A DNA stretch of 64,000 bases from a bacterium (lineage in GTDB: Bacteria > Patescibacteriota > Minisyncoccia > UBA6257 > WO2-44-18): contig JAUYHP010000031.1 in NCBI GenBank assembly GCA_030689595.1, positions 86,666 to 150,665 on the forward strand. Direction: 5' to 3'. Under the pieces are notes generated by a model that saw only the letters and a list, made by a program, of their open reading frames with translations, was not told where the DNA came from and made no database searches. The position numbers and the translations under genes were made by a program. This document shows, piece by piece, positions 46,409 through 56,039 of the stretch (the stretch's first letter is position 1; each line of letters starts with the position of its first letter).

Positions 46409-47395
46409 ATGAAAAGATTTAGTGCTTTTTATCTATTTAAAATAGCAGTTACTGCTGGTTTGGTTTGGCTTCTTTTTAGTCGCGTAGATTTTGGTGGATT
46501 TATCGCTGTCTTTAGTGGAATAAGTATTGACTACTTCCTCTTGGCGGTGTTGGCCCTAACTGTTGGTTGGTGGTTGAACACTCTAAGATGGAAAACTTTG
46601 TTGGGTATATTTAAAATGCGCCTGAAGACGTGGCGCTTGTTCTTGTATAATCTAATCAGTATTTTTTATAATTTGGTTTTGCCTGGTGGCAAGGTTATGG
46701 GTGATGTGGTTCGTGGCTATCAAGTGGCTCGCGATCATGATGGCGAGCCGGTGGAGAAGCATAGGTTGTTTTTAATTACATTTATAGATCGAGGATTGGG
46801 ATTATTAGGTCTATTAATTTTGACCAGTTTTTATTTTATTTTTGGACATGAGGCGATAACCTATCTGGGCTCCAGTGCTCAAATCGTTGGTGTGGCGGCG
46901 ATAATCATAAGCGCATCGGGCTTGATAGTTGTGTTCTCTAGCATTTTTGATTGGATCTTTATTCCACTGCGAAAAATACCATTAAGATTCACCCAGAAGA
47001 TTTTTACGACTATAACTGATTCGTTGGAGATATGTCGTTCTGGCCGCAAACAATTAGCTGGATCATTAGTAATCACCATGTTGGCAGCCATAGCTGCTGG
47101 CCTATCGGTAGCCTTCTTGGCCATAGGGCTGGGTATTGATATGAGATTTTTGAACATACTTTTCTTTAATACTTTGGCGGTGGTTCTGATAGTTATACCT
47201 ATTACTATTGCTGGCATCGGCCTGCGTGAGAGCGGTCTCGTTTATTTGTTTGTAGCCGCGGGCATTATGCCAGAGTCAGCCCTGGCACTTTCCATCCTAA
47301 ATTTATTGGTCATGGTGGTATTGGCTTTAATGGGTGGCTTAATCGAATTTTATAACCACTTTTTAAAAGATGGATTTTCTCATCAGAAATCATAA
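46409..47395 (+). CDS. Flippase-like membrane protein (LPG-synthase-TM / UPF0104 family)
   Basis: 8 TM helices and a LPGGKVMGDVVRGYQVARD motif typical of this family. Sits between a GT2 and a GT-C. Confidence 0.5.
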   Translation: MKRFSAFYLFKIAVTAGLVWLLFSRVDFGGFIAVFSGISIDYFLLAVLALTVGWWLNTLRWKTLLGIFKMRLKTWRLFLYNLISIFYNLVLPGGKVMGDVVRGYQVARDHDGEPVEKHRLFLITFIDRGLGLLGLLILTSFYFIFGHEAITYLGSSAQIVGVAAIIISASGLIVVFSSIFDWIFIPLRKIPLRFTQKIFTTITDSLEICRSGRKQLAGSLVITMLAAIAAGLSVAFLAIGLGIDMRFLNILFFNTLAVVLIVIPITIAGIGLRESGLVYLFVAAGIMPESALALSILNLLVMVVLALMGGLIEFYNHFLKDGFSHQKS

Positions 47396-48713
47396 AAGAA
47401 TAATTTGGCTTATTGTTCTAGCGGCTTTCATCGTGGCCGTTAGTTATGCTTTTTACTTTCGCATTCAGCCGATAGTAGATGCTAAGTCTTATGACGAAAT
47501 GGCTTGGAATTTAGTGCAGGGCGGTGAGTATAGTGTTAGCGATATCTACCGTCCCGGCCCTGGCTACTCCTTTTTCTTAGCGGCCATATATTTCATCTTC
47601 GGTCATAGCTATGAAGCAGTTTGGATAATACAGTCATTATTATTTGCGTTGATGGCCTTATTCGCCTTTTTGATATCTAGACTAATCTTTGATGATGACC
47701 GAGCGATAATCGTTGGGTTCGTTGCCTCAATCCTGCTGGCCATTTCACCTGATTTGATAACTGTTAATGCAATGCTGATGACCGAGACTTTTACGATATT
47801 TATGTCGATGGTGGCCACATATTTTCTTATGAAATATATAAAAGATGGCAGTTGGCCATGGTTAATATTGACATCAGTGTTCGTGTCTTTAGCGGCTTTG
47901 GGCCGTGCCAATGTGGTGCTGTTGGTTATACCATTAATGTTGCTGTTTGTTATCAGAAAAAACTGGCGTCATGGTTTTATTGGTCTAGCGATCATCTTTC
48001 TGATGTTGACACCTTGGACGGTTAGAAATTATCTAGCCTATGGCATTTTTAAGCCATTTAATTCGGCTGGCGGTGGCTTATTAGCAGTCGGTAACCACCC
48101 TGGGGCCAGCGGTGAATTGGAGGAGGTGAAATGGCCGGATGAATATAATAAGATGTCTCAAATAGACTTTGATAAAGCTGCTAGAGGTGACGCGATAGAT
48201 TTTATTAAACATCACCCGTTTGAATTTGCACAGATAACTCTTAAGCGCGTTTCGGTGTATTTGAGTCTGTCTAGGCCAACTGGTTTTTGGTTCCACCTAG
48301 ATGGCTTGGCGCAACAATTGACGCTAGCTACTTCTGCGCTCCATACCGCCACTTTATTTATATTGGGACTGTTGGGTGCTGTTTTGATCGTCAAGCGTTA
48401 TCTGCGCAAAAATCTCGGTCAGACTTTCAAGAAAAGATGGGCTGAATTCACCATGGCCCCGGCTTTCTATCTCTTGTTGATAGCCATTATGATGCCATTG
48501 AGTATTTTATTGATAGTAGTAGAAACACGCTATAGATATCCGCTTTATCCATTTTTGGCAATTTTGGGAGGATATGGATTCGTGGAGCTAGTAACTAATT
48601 TTAGACAGAATTGGCGATCATTACTTGGCGTAAGTGGGTTGTTGATAGTAAATACTATCATAGATGTTGTTAGAAACTGGTCTAAAATTTTTGGTAGACT
48701 TATCAATCTATGA
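47370..48713 (+). CDS. GT-C fold membrane glycosyltransferase (PMT/ArnT-like)
   Basis: About 11 TM helices and a first-loop YDEMAW acidic motif. Confidence 0.6.
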   Translation: MDFLIRNHKRIIWLIVLAAFIVAVSYAFYFRIQPIVDAKSYDEMAWNLVQGGEYSVSDIYRPGPGYSFFLAAIYFIFGHSYEAVWIIQSLLFALMALFAFLISRLIFDDDRAIIVGFVASILLAISPDLITVNAMLMTETFTIFMSMVATYFLMKYIKDGSWPWLILTSVFVSLAALGRANVVLLVIPLMLLFVIRKNWRHGFIGLAIIFLMLTPWTVRNYLAYGIFKPFNSAGGGLLAVGNHPGASGELEEVKWPDEYNKMSQIDFDKAARGDAIDFIKHHPFEFAQITLKRVSVYLSLSRPTGFWFHLDGLAQQLTLATSALHTATLFILGLLGAVLIVKRYLRKNLGQTFKKRWAEFTMAPAFYLLLIAIMMPLSILLIVVETRYRYPLYPFLAILGGYGFVELVTNFRQNWRSLLGVSGLLIVNTIIDVVRNWSKIFGRLINL

Positions 48714-49798
48714 AATTATGTTATGTTTTGCCGGAGTATGACCAATCGGCAAATACGCACTTTGCGTATTTAACTGATTTCATCAAGCTTATTGCAAAAA
48801 GCGAAGACGTTTTTTTGATAATTGAGAAAGGCCAGAAACCTAAAGAAGATTGGGGCTGCAAGAATGTGCAAAAATTGTGGTTTAGTTTTTTGCCATTTCG
48901 CTGGTGCGAAATGCAGTGGCGATTATTGTATGCGCGCTTTAATGGTTGCAGCATATTTTACATTCATTACTCATTTCTAGCCGCTATGGCTGCGAGTTTG
49001 ACCACCTTATTTTATGGAGGGCGAATTTATTATTGGAATGCTGGTTTGCCGTGGAAATATAAGAAATCCTTTTGGCGTGAGTGGTTCGAGAACAGCACCT
49101 ATCGTTGGATAGATTTTTTAGTTACTGGCACAGAGGGTCTCAAAAGAGAATATGCGAAACATTATGATTTGCCATTAGATAAAATCAAAGTAATGCCAAA
49201 TTGGATAAATTTAGATGGACTCAAAGATAAATATAGGATTGGCGACAGCGAAGAGCTAAAGCAGCGTTTGAATATTATGCCAGAACAGAAAGTGGTGCTT
49301 TTTATTCACAGACTATCCAAAAGGAAGGGAGCTCATTATTTGCCGGAAATTTTAAAAGGATTACAAGATGATAATGTGGTTATGGTAATTGTTGGTGATG
49401 GGCCAGAGGGCAAAGCGATCAAGTCACAAATTACAAGCTATAACCTACAAGACATGGTTCGTTTTGTTGGCTTGGTGCCTAATGCTGAAATTATGCAGTA
49501 TTTTGCCATGGCCGACGTCTTTATTATGCCTTCGGAGGAGGAGGGGTTCCCTCATGTATTGTTGGAATCCATGGCTATGGGCATTCCCTTTGTAGCCTTC
49601 GATGTGGGCGGAGTAAAGGAAATGACCCCGCCAGAATTCAAGGAATATATTTTATCGCCGGGAGATGTAGATGGATTTATCGATAAATCGCGCGCTTTAT
49701 TAATCCACGCAGGTGAGAAAGATGTCGGTATGCGCTGGGTGCAAAGATTTGATATTAATAATGTGGTCGAGCTTTTCAATGGGATGGTAAAAGATTAA
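48710..49798 (+). CDS. Glycosyltransferase family 4
   Basis: C-terminal EGFPHVLLESMAMGIPFVAFDVGG motif. Confidence 0.7.
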   Translation: MKLCYVLPEYDQSANTHFAYLTDFIKLIAKSEDVFLIIEKGQKPKEDWGCKNVQKLWFSFLPFRWCEMQWRLLYARFNGCSIFYIHYSFLAAMAASLTTLFYGGRIYYWNAGLPWKYKKSFWREWFENSTYRWIDFLVTGTEGLKREYAKHYDLPLDKIKVMPNWINLDGLKDKYRIGDSEELKQRLNIMPEQKVVLFIHRLSKRKGAHYLPEILKGLQDDNVVMVIVGDGPEGKAIKSQITSYNLQDMVRFVGLVPNAEIMQYFAMADVFIMPSEEEGFPHVLLESMAMGIPFVAFDVGGVKEMTPPEFKEYILSPGDVDGFIDKSRALLIHAGEKDVGMRWVQRFDINNVVELFNGMVKD

Positions 49799-49802
49799 GA
49801 TA

Positions 49803-50639
49803 ATGACTATGAGCTTTATCACCTTATTGCGCCCACTGCATTGGGTTAAAAATCTATTGGTCTTTGTGCCCATCTTTTTTGCTAGAGAAATATTTATGGC
49901 AGATAGAATGATGGCGGCTTTTTATGCCTTTTTGGCGTTTTCTCTTACTGCTAGTGCCGTTTATATAATCAATGACATAGTTGATCGCCAGCATGACGCC
50001 CAGCACCCAATCAAAAGGCTACGACCAATTGCCTCGGGCGCCGTGTCGATTACACAGGCGGTGATGTTGTTGGTTATTTTGTTAGCCGGTGGAGCAATTT
50101 TGGTTTATTTTTTATCCCCTCAATTAGCAGTGATCATTGGAGCTTATTTATTGCTAAATCTTCTATACTCATTTTATTTAAAGCATTGGCCAATATTTGA
50201 TATTGTTCTGATTTCTTCATTATATCTATTGCGCGTTGTCGGTGGTGGCGTGGCTAGCCAAACGCACATATCAACCTGGTTGATTCTATGTACAGTATTT
50301 ATTAGTCTGTTTCTGATAGTTGGCAAGAGAAGGGTAGAATTTTCACAACTTCACCGTCGTAAAGTATTAGGTCTTTATAGTGGAGAGTTGCTTGATCATC
50401 TTTTTGGTATAGCGGCAGGTCTTACGATCATATCTTACGGTTTGTATACAATTTTGGGAGTTAATTCAGAGTTGGCTGTTTATTCGATATTTTTGGTCTT
50501 GATCGGTATATTTCGATATCTGCTGATAACTTATAGGTCGGCTGTAGCAGAATATCCGGAGAGAGTATTGTGGTCAGACAAAATTATTAGTGGTAGTGTG
50601 TTGGCTTGGTTAATTTTCATGTATTTTATCTTTTATTGA
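49803..50639 (+). CDS. UbiA-family polyprenyl-phosphate 5-phosphoribosyltransferase (DPPR synthase, Rv3806c-like)
   Basis: Segment-by-segment similarity to Rv3806c: RPLHWVKNLLVF, ASAVYIINDIVDRQHDAQHPIKRLRPIASG, LKHWPIFDIVLISSLYLLRVVGGGVAS, VGKRRVEF. 7-8 TM helices. Confidence 0.75.
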   Translation: MTMSFITLLRPLHWVKNLLVFVPIFFAREIFMADRMMAAFYAFLAFSLTASAVYIINDIVDRQHDAQHPIKRLRPIASGAVSITQAVMLLVILLAGGAILVYFLSPQLAVIIGAYLLLNLLYSFYLKHWPIFDIVLISSLYLLRVVGGGVASQTHISTWLILCTVFISLFLIVGKRRVEFSQLHRRKVLGLYSGELLDHLFGIAAGLTIISYGLYTILGVNSELAVYSIFLVLIGIFRYLLITYRSAVAEYPERVLWSDKIISGSVLAWLIFMYFIFY

Positions 50640-50645
50640 TTACTT

Positions 50646-51683
50646 ATGAGACATTATTTAGTAACTGGTGGCTCCGGGTTTTTGGGCATAAATATTATCA
50701 GGCACTTATTAGCCAGAGGCGAAAAGGTGCGATCTTTGGATCGGGTTGATTTTGATTATCCAGAGAAAGACAAGATAGAGATAGTGACTGGCGATATCAG
50801 GGATGTAGACATTGTCGATCGGGCAATGCGCGATATTGATATAGTGGTTCATTGCGCCGCTGCCTTGCCGTTGTATTCTAAAAAAGAGATTTTAACTACT
50901 GACATAGACGGCGCACGTAATATTTTAGCAGCTGCCAAGAAGCATGGCGCTGAAAGGATGATCCACATTTCATCCACGGCTGTATATGGCATACCCGACC
51001 ACCATCCATTATTTGAGAACGATAAATTAGACGGAGTGGGTCCTTATGGTAAGGCAAAAATAATGGCCGAAGAGATGTGTTTAGAATATCGGAAACAAGG
51101 TTTTTGCGTCCCCATATTGCGGCCGAAAAGTTTTGTAGGCCCAGAAAGATTGGGGGTCTTTGCTTTGTTCTATGATTGGGCTAAAGATGGTAAAAACTTC
51201 CCCATGATTGGTTTTGGGAATAATAGATATCAATTGTTGGACGTAGAAGATTTATGTGATGCGATTTATTTATGCGCTACCAAAGACAAGGCCATAGTTA
51301 ATGATACTTTCAATATTGGTGCTAAGGAATTTAAAACCATGAAAGAAGATTATCAAGTTGTGTTGGATAAGGCCGGCTTCGGCAAAAAGATACTTGGTTT
51401 TCCCGCTTGGCCGATGATTTTAACGTTGCGTCTTTTGGAATTCTTACATATCTCACCTTTGTATAAATGGGTTTATGAAACAGCATCTAAAGACTCTTTC
51501 GTATCTATCGATAAGGCGGAAAGGATTTTGGGCTTTACGCCACGATACTCTAACCAAGAGGCTTTGCTGCGAAATTATCAGTGGTATCTAGACAATCTAG
51601 ATAAATTTAGTGGCCAGTCTGGAGTGACACATAGAGTCCCCTGGAAACAGGGCATACTAAAGTTTTTTAAGATATTCTTTTAG
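50646..51683 (+). CDS. NAD-dependent epimerase/dehydratase (extended SDR)
   Basis: VTGGSGFLGINIIRHL Rossmann motif and the YGKAK catalytic dyad region. Confidence 0.75.
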   Translation: MRHYLVTGGSGFLGINIIRHLLARGEKVRSLDRVDFDYPEKDKIEIVTGDIRDVDIVDRAMRDIDIVVHCAAALPLYSKKEILTTDIDGARNILAAAKKHGAERMIHISSTAVYGIPDHHPLFENDKLDGVGPYGKAKIMAEEMCLEYRKQGFCVPILRPKSFVGPERLGVFALFYDWAKDGKNFPMIGFGNNRYQLLDVEDLCDAIYLCATKDKAIVNDTFNIGAKEFKTMKEDYQVVLDKAGFGKKILGFPAWPMILTLRLLEFLHISPLYKWVYETASKDSFVSIDKAERILGFTPRYSNQEALLRNYQWYLDNLDKFSGQSGVTHRVPWKQGILKFFKIFF

Positions 51684-51686
51684 AGA

Positions 51687-52160
51687 ATGCATTTGCCATT
51701 TTCAAAACTCGATTTCGGAGGCGTTAAAAATGCAATAATCTTGCTTGATATTGATGGGACTCTTGTGCCAGACGGTGGCGACGTCCCAGTCAAAGAGATC
51801 GTAGAAAAATGCCATGAGCTGGTTGAGCATAACAAAGTTTATCTACTTTCTAATAAGAAAAATCATGATCGCAATGAGGCGATCGCTGGATTATTGCACG
51901 CTACTTATATAAACACACCACGCAAAAAGCCAAGCCGGAAAGTGTTGGGTTCTTTGGACATGCAGGGGAAGTCTCTGATAGTGGTGGGCGATAAATTTTT
52001 AACTGATGGCATATTGGCCAAGAGAATCGGGGCCAGATTTATAAAAGCCAAAAGGATTGTCGATGTGAGAGATGGCTACATCAATAAGACTATGTATGCC
52101 CTAGATGATCTAATTTATCAGTTGTTCAAGTCGGTAGTATGGCGCGGGCGAAGTTCGTAG
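51687..52160 (+). CDS. HAD-superfamily phosphatase (YqeG-like, subfamily IIIA)
   Basis: ILLDIDGTLV (DxDGT motif I), LLSNK and VVGDKFLTDG motifs. Confidence 0.6.
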   Translation: MHLPFSKLDFGGVKNAIILLDIDGTLVPDGGDVPVKEIVEKCHELVEHNKVYLLSNKKNHDRNEAIAGLLHATYINTPRKKPSRKVLGSLDMQGKSLIVVGDKFLTDGILAKRIGARFIKAKRIVDVRDGYINKTMYALDDLIYQLFKSVVWRGRSS

Positions 52161-53773
52161 GGATCATAGTATTCTATCTTGTAGACGTGATTGAGCGCTC
52201 GGCCTTGTGGATTGTAAAAAACTTGCGCTTTTGACAGGTGTTGCAAGGGATTTTTTATCCCCAGCCATATTACTCGCGCATCAGTAACTACTGCTTCGGA
52301 GTCGGCTATGTATTCTATGTTTTGTTCTTGGAAAAATTTCCAGAGATTCTTTTCTTTCATGGCTTCATAGGCGGCGTTGTTAACTAGGCCATCAGAGTTC
52401 ATTACAAAACTGTGGGAGTAATAGCCTAGCACTCCGCTGTTGAAAGAGGCGATGCGAGCATCCTCTGGTAGGTTATCATTAATCCACTGAGACATCTGAT
52501 ATTTTAGAGTCTCTTTTGGTTCGTCGCGAAAGACATTCCTATAGAAGTTTGAGTCTTTGCCATCATAATAGATAGCATTGATGCCTAATATGATGATTGT
52601 GATCGCTATTAGGGTAGATATTGTTTTTCTGGGCCATTCGGTAATTTTGCACAATTTTTCTAACGAGAGCGCTAGAGCCACAGTGGCTAAGAACGGTATG
52701 CTGATAAAATACCAGGGTCGAGTAGCCCAGCGTACGCCGCCGTGGACTAGGACGAACAGGAAAAGGCCAGCCAATATTATGAATAGTGTTTTGCCGACAC
52801 TGCTCTGTCTTATCTCTAGCCATTCCTGCCGCCGAAAACGTCTTATAGCCAACCAAAGAGCAGCTAAAATACCGACTATGATAGTTATTTCCAATAATGC
52901 AAATAGTGGCGTGACATTGCTGGGGATTGGTAGGCCGACATAGGCTAGCATTCTAAATACGTTTAGTGAAAATTGATAGCCGGACCAAAGGATGATCTCT
53001 ATTATGTTGCGCGGCACTGATAAAAACCAATCGTGATTAATTAGAGTATAGGCAAGTCCGCTACCCTGAACTATGGCGCCAAATTTAAGCCAATTATATA
53101 GCAGCCAAGGCGATACTAATATCGTTGCTGGTACGCCTAGTAAGAATATCTTTTTAATCCGCTGGTCATTTTGCTTAATCGCTAAGTAGATGAATGCCAC
53201 TGCGGCGAAGAGGCCGTAATCTGTTCTAGCTAAAGTCATTAGGCCGGCTATAGCTCCTAAAGAAAAGTATAAATTCAATCGTCCCGGTTGTTCCAGCGCT
53301 TTTATGAGCAGGAGCATGAAAAGCGACAGCAGAAAGAGGGCCAGACTGCTCTCGAGACCATCAGTAATATAGCGCCAGTTGTAAAGATTAAGGGCATAAA
53401 AAAGCAACAGGCCGATGGTAAGCCATTTTTTATCCGTTATCTTCTGTAATATTTTCCAGAGTATGACAGTGCTGGCTAAGAAAAAAAGCACTTCTAGAAA
53501 GCGTAGGATGATTATTGGTAATACGGGATCGTTGGGTACCAGGTAATAAGTAGCCACAGTAATACCCATCCAGAGGGGATGGTAGCCATTAGTGGGGTTT
53601 TCACCATCGAAGGTTGATCCTAGGCCTTGAGCGATGTTCCGCCCGATCTCATAGTAGTAGTAAGAGTCATCTGGCAATCTGACAAAATTTTCGGTAGTGC
53701 TATGGTAGATATTGTAGCCTTGCCAGGCTAGTGCCAGGAAAAGGATGACGATTAGATAGCGATATTTTCTCAT
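52118..53773 (-). CDS. Large polytopic membrane protein, GT-C-like
   Basis: About 13 TM helices, a first-loop DDSYYYYEIG acidic/aromatic motif and a C-terminal soluble domain. Convergent with the UbiA-SDR-HAD genes. Confidence 0.45.
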   Translation of the reverse strand: MRKYRYLIVILFLALAWQGYNIYHSTTENFVRLPDDSYYYYEIGRNIAQGLGSTFDGENPTNGYHPLWMGITVATYYLVPNDPVLPIIILRFLEVLFFLASTVILWKILQKITDKKWLTIGLLLFYALNLYNWRYITDGLESSLALFLLSLFMLLLIKALEQPGRLNLYFSLGAIAGLMTLARTDYGLFAAVAFIYLAIKQNDQRIKKIFLLGVPATILVSPWLLYNWLKFGAIVQGSGLAYTLINHDWFLSVPRNIIEIILWSGYQFSLNVFRMLAYVGLPIPSNVTPLFALLEITIIVGILAALWLAIRRFRRQEWLEIRQSSVGKTLFIILAGLFLFVLVHGGVRWATRPWYFISIPFLATVALALSLEKLCKITEWPRKTISTLIAITIIILGINAIYYDGKDSNFYRNVFRDEPKETLKYQMSQWINDNLPEDARIASFNSGVLGYYSHSFVMNSDGLVNNAAYEAMKEKNLWKFFQEQNIEYIADSEAVVTDARVIWLGIKNPLQHLSKAQVFYNPQGRALNHVYKIEYYDPYELRPRHTTDLNN

Positions 53774-53808
53774 AAATTATTATTAAAACATAGCCGATTT
53801 TTTCTAGG

Positions 53809-54924
53809 ATGTCGAACGCTAAAAAAATAGTCTTTGCCATCAATGATCTATCATTTGGTGGTGGCCAAAAAACTGTAGTAGAAGAAACCAACGGTTTATT
53901 CAAAGGTGGCCATGAGGTTTTTGTGCTAACTTTATTGCCCAGATTAGGTGAGAAGGATATGGCTTCCGAGTTGAAAATTCCACCTGATCATATTGTTAAC
54001 ATACCATTTCAATCGTTGTGGGATTTCGCCGCTTTTATAAAGTTAGTAAAATGGTTACGCCGAACTAAGCCAGATATAATTTTTAGCAATCTTTTTTTCA
54101 CAAATACCGCGGTTCGATTGGCGAGGATATTTAGATTTCGAACCAGAGTCTTTGTGCGTGAAGGCAATCTGCCTGTGGAAAAAAGCCTAGCCGTAAAAAT
54201 AGTGGATTCTTGCTTAATGTTTTTGACGGAGAAGATAATTGTTAACGCCGCAGCTATCAAGGACGGCTTCAAGAAATTATGGATATCACAGAAAAAAATT
54301 ATTGTAATTTACAATGGCATAAATGAAAGATTTTTTGAAAATCCTACGGCACAGGATCGATCTCAGCTTCGGCAATCTCTAGGCATCGGCGATGACGAGG
54401 TGGTCCTGATATGTATCGCTAGCTTAAATAACAAAAAAGGTTATCAATATTTGCTAGAGGCCTTTCGTGATATAGGCCTCTATTATAAAAAGGGTGTGGC
54501 TTTGTTAATAGTCGGCGATGGCCCAGAACGGACAAAACTTGAGGTGCAGGTAATGCGTTATAAATTAGATGACAGAGTAAGATTTTTGGGCAACAGAGGC
54601 GATGTCAGAGAACTATTGACCGCCGCCGATGTTTTTATACTAACCTCTTTATGGGAGGGCATGCCCAATGCTATGTTGGAGGCGATGGCTACTGGGCTGC
54701 CAGTTATAGCTACAGCTGTTGGCGGCATTGTTGAAATAGTGGATAATGGAAAAAATGGTTTGTTGGTTAATCCCAGAAATTCTATGGAGATTTCTAAAGC
54801 TATGGCGGAATTGATAGCCGCACCAGGAAAAAGGAGAGCCATGGGTGAATCGGCTCGAAGCAGTGTAAGTTCTTTGACTTGGGATAATCATATTAGAAAT
54901 CTTATAAAGTTAATAAATTCATAG
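53809..54924 (+). CDS. Glycosyltransferase family 4
   Basis: KIVFAINDLSFGGGQK… and EGMPNAMLEAMATGLPVIATAVGG. Confidence 0.75.
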   Translation: MSNAKKIVFAINDLSFGGGQKTVVEETNGLFKGGHEVFVLTLLPRLGEKDMASELKIPPDHIVNIPFQSLWDFAAFIKLVKWLRRTKPDIIFSNLFFTNTAVRLARIFRFRTRVFVREGNLPVEKSLAVKIVDSCLMFLTEKIIVNAAAIKDGFKKLWISQKKIIVIYNGINERFFENPTAQDRSQLRQSLGIGDDEVVLICIASLNNKKGYQYLLEAFRDIGLYYKKGVALLIVGDGPERTKLEVQVMRYKLDDRVRFLGNRGDVRELLTAADVFILTSLWEGMPNAMLEAMATGLPVIATAVGGIVEIVDNGKNGLLVNPRNSMEISKAMAELIAAPGKRRAMGESARSSVSSLTWDNHIRNLIKLINS

Positions 54925-54927
54925 AAT

Positions 54928-55863
54928 ATGAAAATTAAGCTATTAAAATTATTGGTTTGCCCAGAAGATTCTGGCGATTTGAAGTTGGTTGGCGCAAAGC
55001 AGAGTGGGGACGAGATAGAATTTGGCGATTTAGTCTGCGAGAAATGTGGCCATAATTATCCTATCGTTAGATATGTTCCTAGATTTGTTGCCTCTGACGA
55101 ATACGTCGGTAATTTCTCGTTGGAGTGGATTAAGCATATTACTACGCAATTAGATTCAGCAAATAAAACTAATCAGAGTTATAGTACTTTCACTCGCAGA
55201 ACTGGTTTTAATAAAGATGATTTTGCGGGCAAAATGGTTCTGGACGTTGGTTGTGGAACGGGTCGTTTTATGGAAGTTGCCAGAAATCTCGGGGCTGAAG
55301 TAGTCGGTATAGATTTGTCCTATGCGGTGGAGTCAGCGCAGAGAAATTTTGCTAAAGACCAACTCGTACATATAATTCAAGCTAATGTTTTCAAGTTGCC
55401 ATTTAGGAAGCAATCTTTTAACCATGTATATTCCATAGGGGTTTTGCATCACACTCCGAATACTCGCTTGGCTTTTGAAAAATCTTTGGAATATCTAAGA
55501 CCAAATGGCAAGATAGCTATTTGGGTTTATAACAATTGGGGCATTTATAATAAGGCCTCAGATTTTTATAGAATTTTCACTACGCGCCTCCCTGAAAAAC
55601 TGCTTTACAAAATCTGCCAACGACTTACGCCAGTAATCTATTTTTTTCATAAACGCGGAAAGGCTTGGAGGTATATAATTCCTATACCCATAAGTTATAA
55701 TTCTGATCCTGATTGGCGCATCTTAGATACGTTCGATTGGTATTCGCCGAAATATCAATGGAAGCACACAATGCCCGAAGTTACTAAGTGGTTTAAAGAA
55801 GCGGGGCTAGAAGATGTAGCGACTCACGAGGTGCCGGTTTCAGTTTCGGGAAGAAAAATTTAG
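54928..55863 (+). CDS. Class I SAM-dependent methyltransferase with an N-terminal Trm112-like zinc ribbon
   Basis: LLVCPEDSGDL…CEKCGHNYP and SAM motif I LDVGCGTGRF. Confidence 0.7.
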   Translation: MKIKLLKLLVCPEDSGDLKLVGAKQSGDEIEFGDLVCEKCGHNYPIVRYVPRFVASDEYVGNFSLEWIKHITTQLDSANKTNQSYSTFTRRTGFNKDDFAGKMVLDVGCGTGRFMEVARNLGAEVVGIDLSYAVESAQRNFAKDQLVHIIQANVFKLPFRKQSFNHVYSIGVLHHTPNTRLAFEKSLEYLRPNGKIAIWVYNNWGIYNKASDFYRIFTTRLPEKLLYKICQRLTPVIYFFHKRGKAWRYIIPIPISYNSDPDWRILDTFDWYSPKYQWKHTMPEVTKWFKEAGLEDVATHEVPVSVSGRKI

Positions 55864-56039
55864 ATTGATTATGTGACCCCTCACATAAATTTATGAAAAT
55901 CATTGTTGGCCAAAAACCGATTTATACTCAATAACTGTTTTATAAAATGGGCCACCTGATTAAATTTATAAGCGGGGTGCTCAATTTTGCAGCCAGTCGA
56001 GCTGCATTTAAATAACTTGCCCTTCTGGGCAAAATTGGC

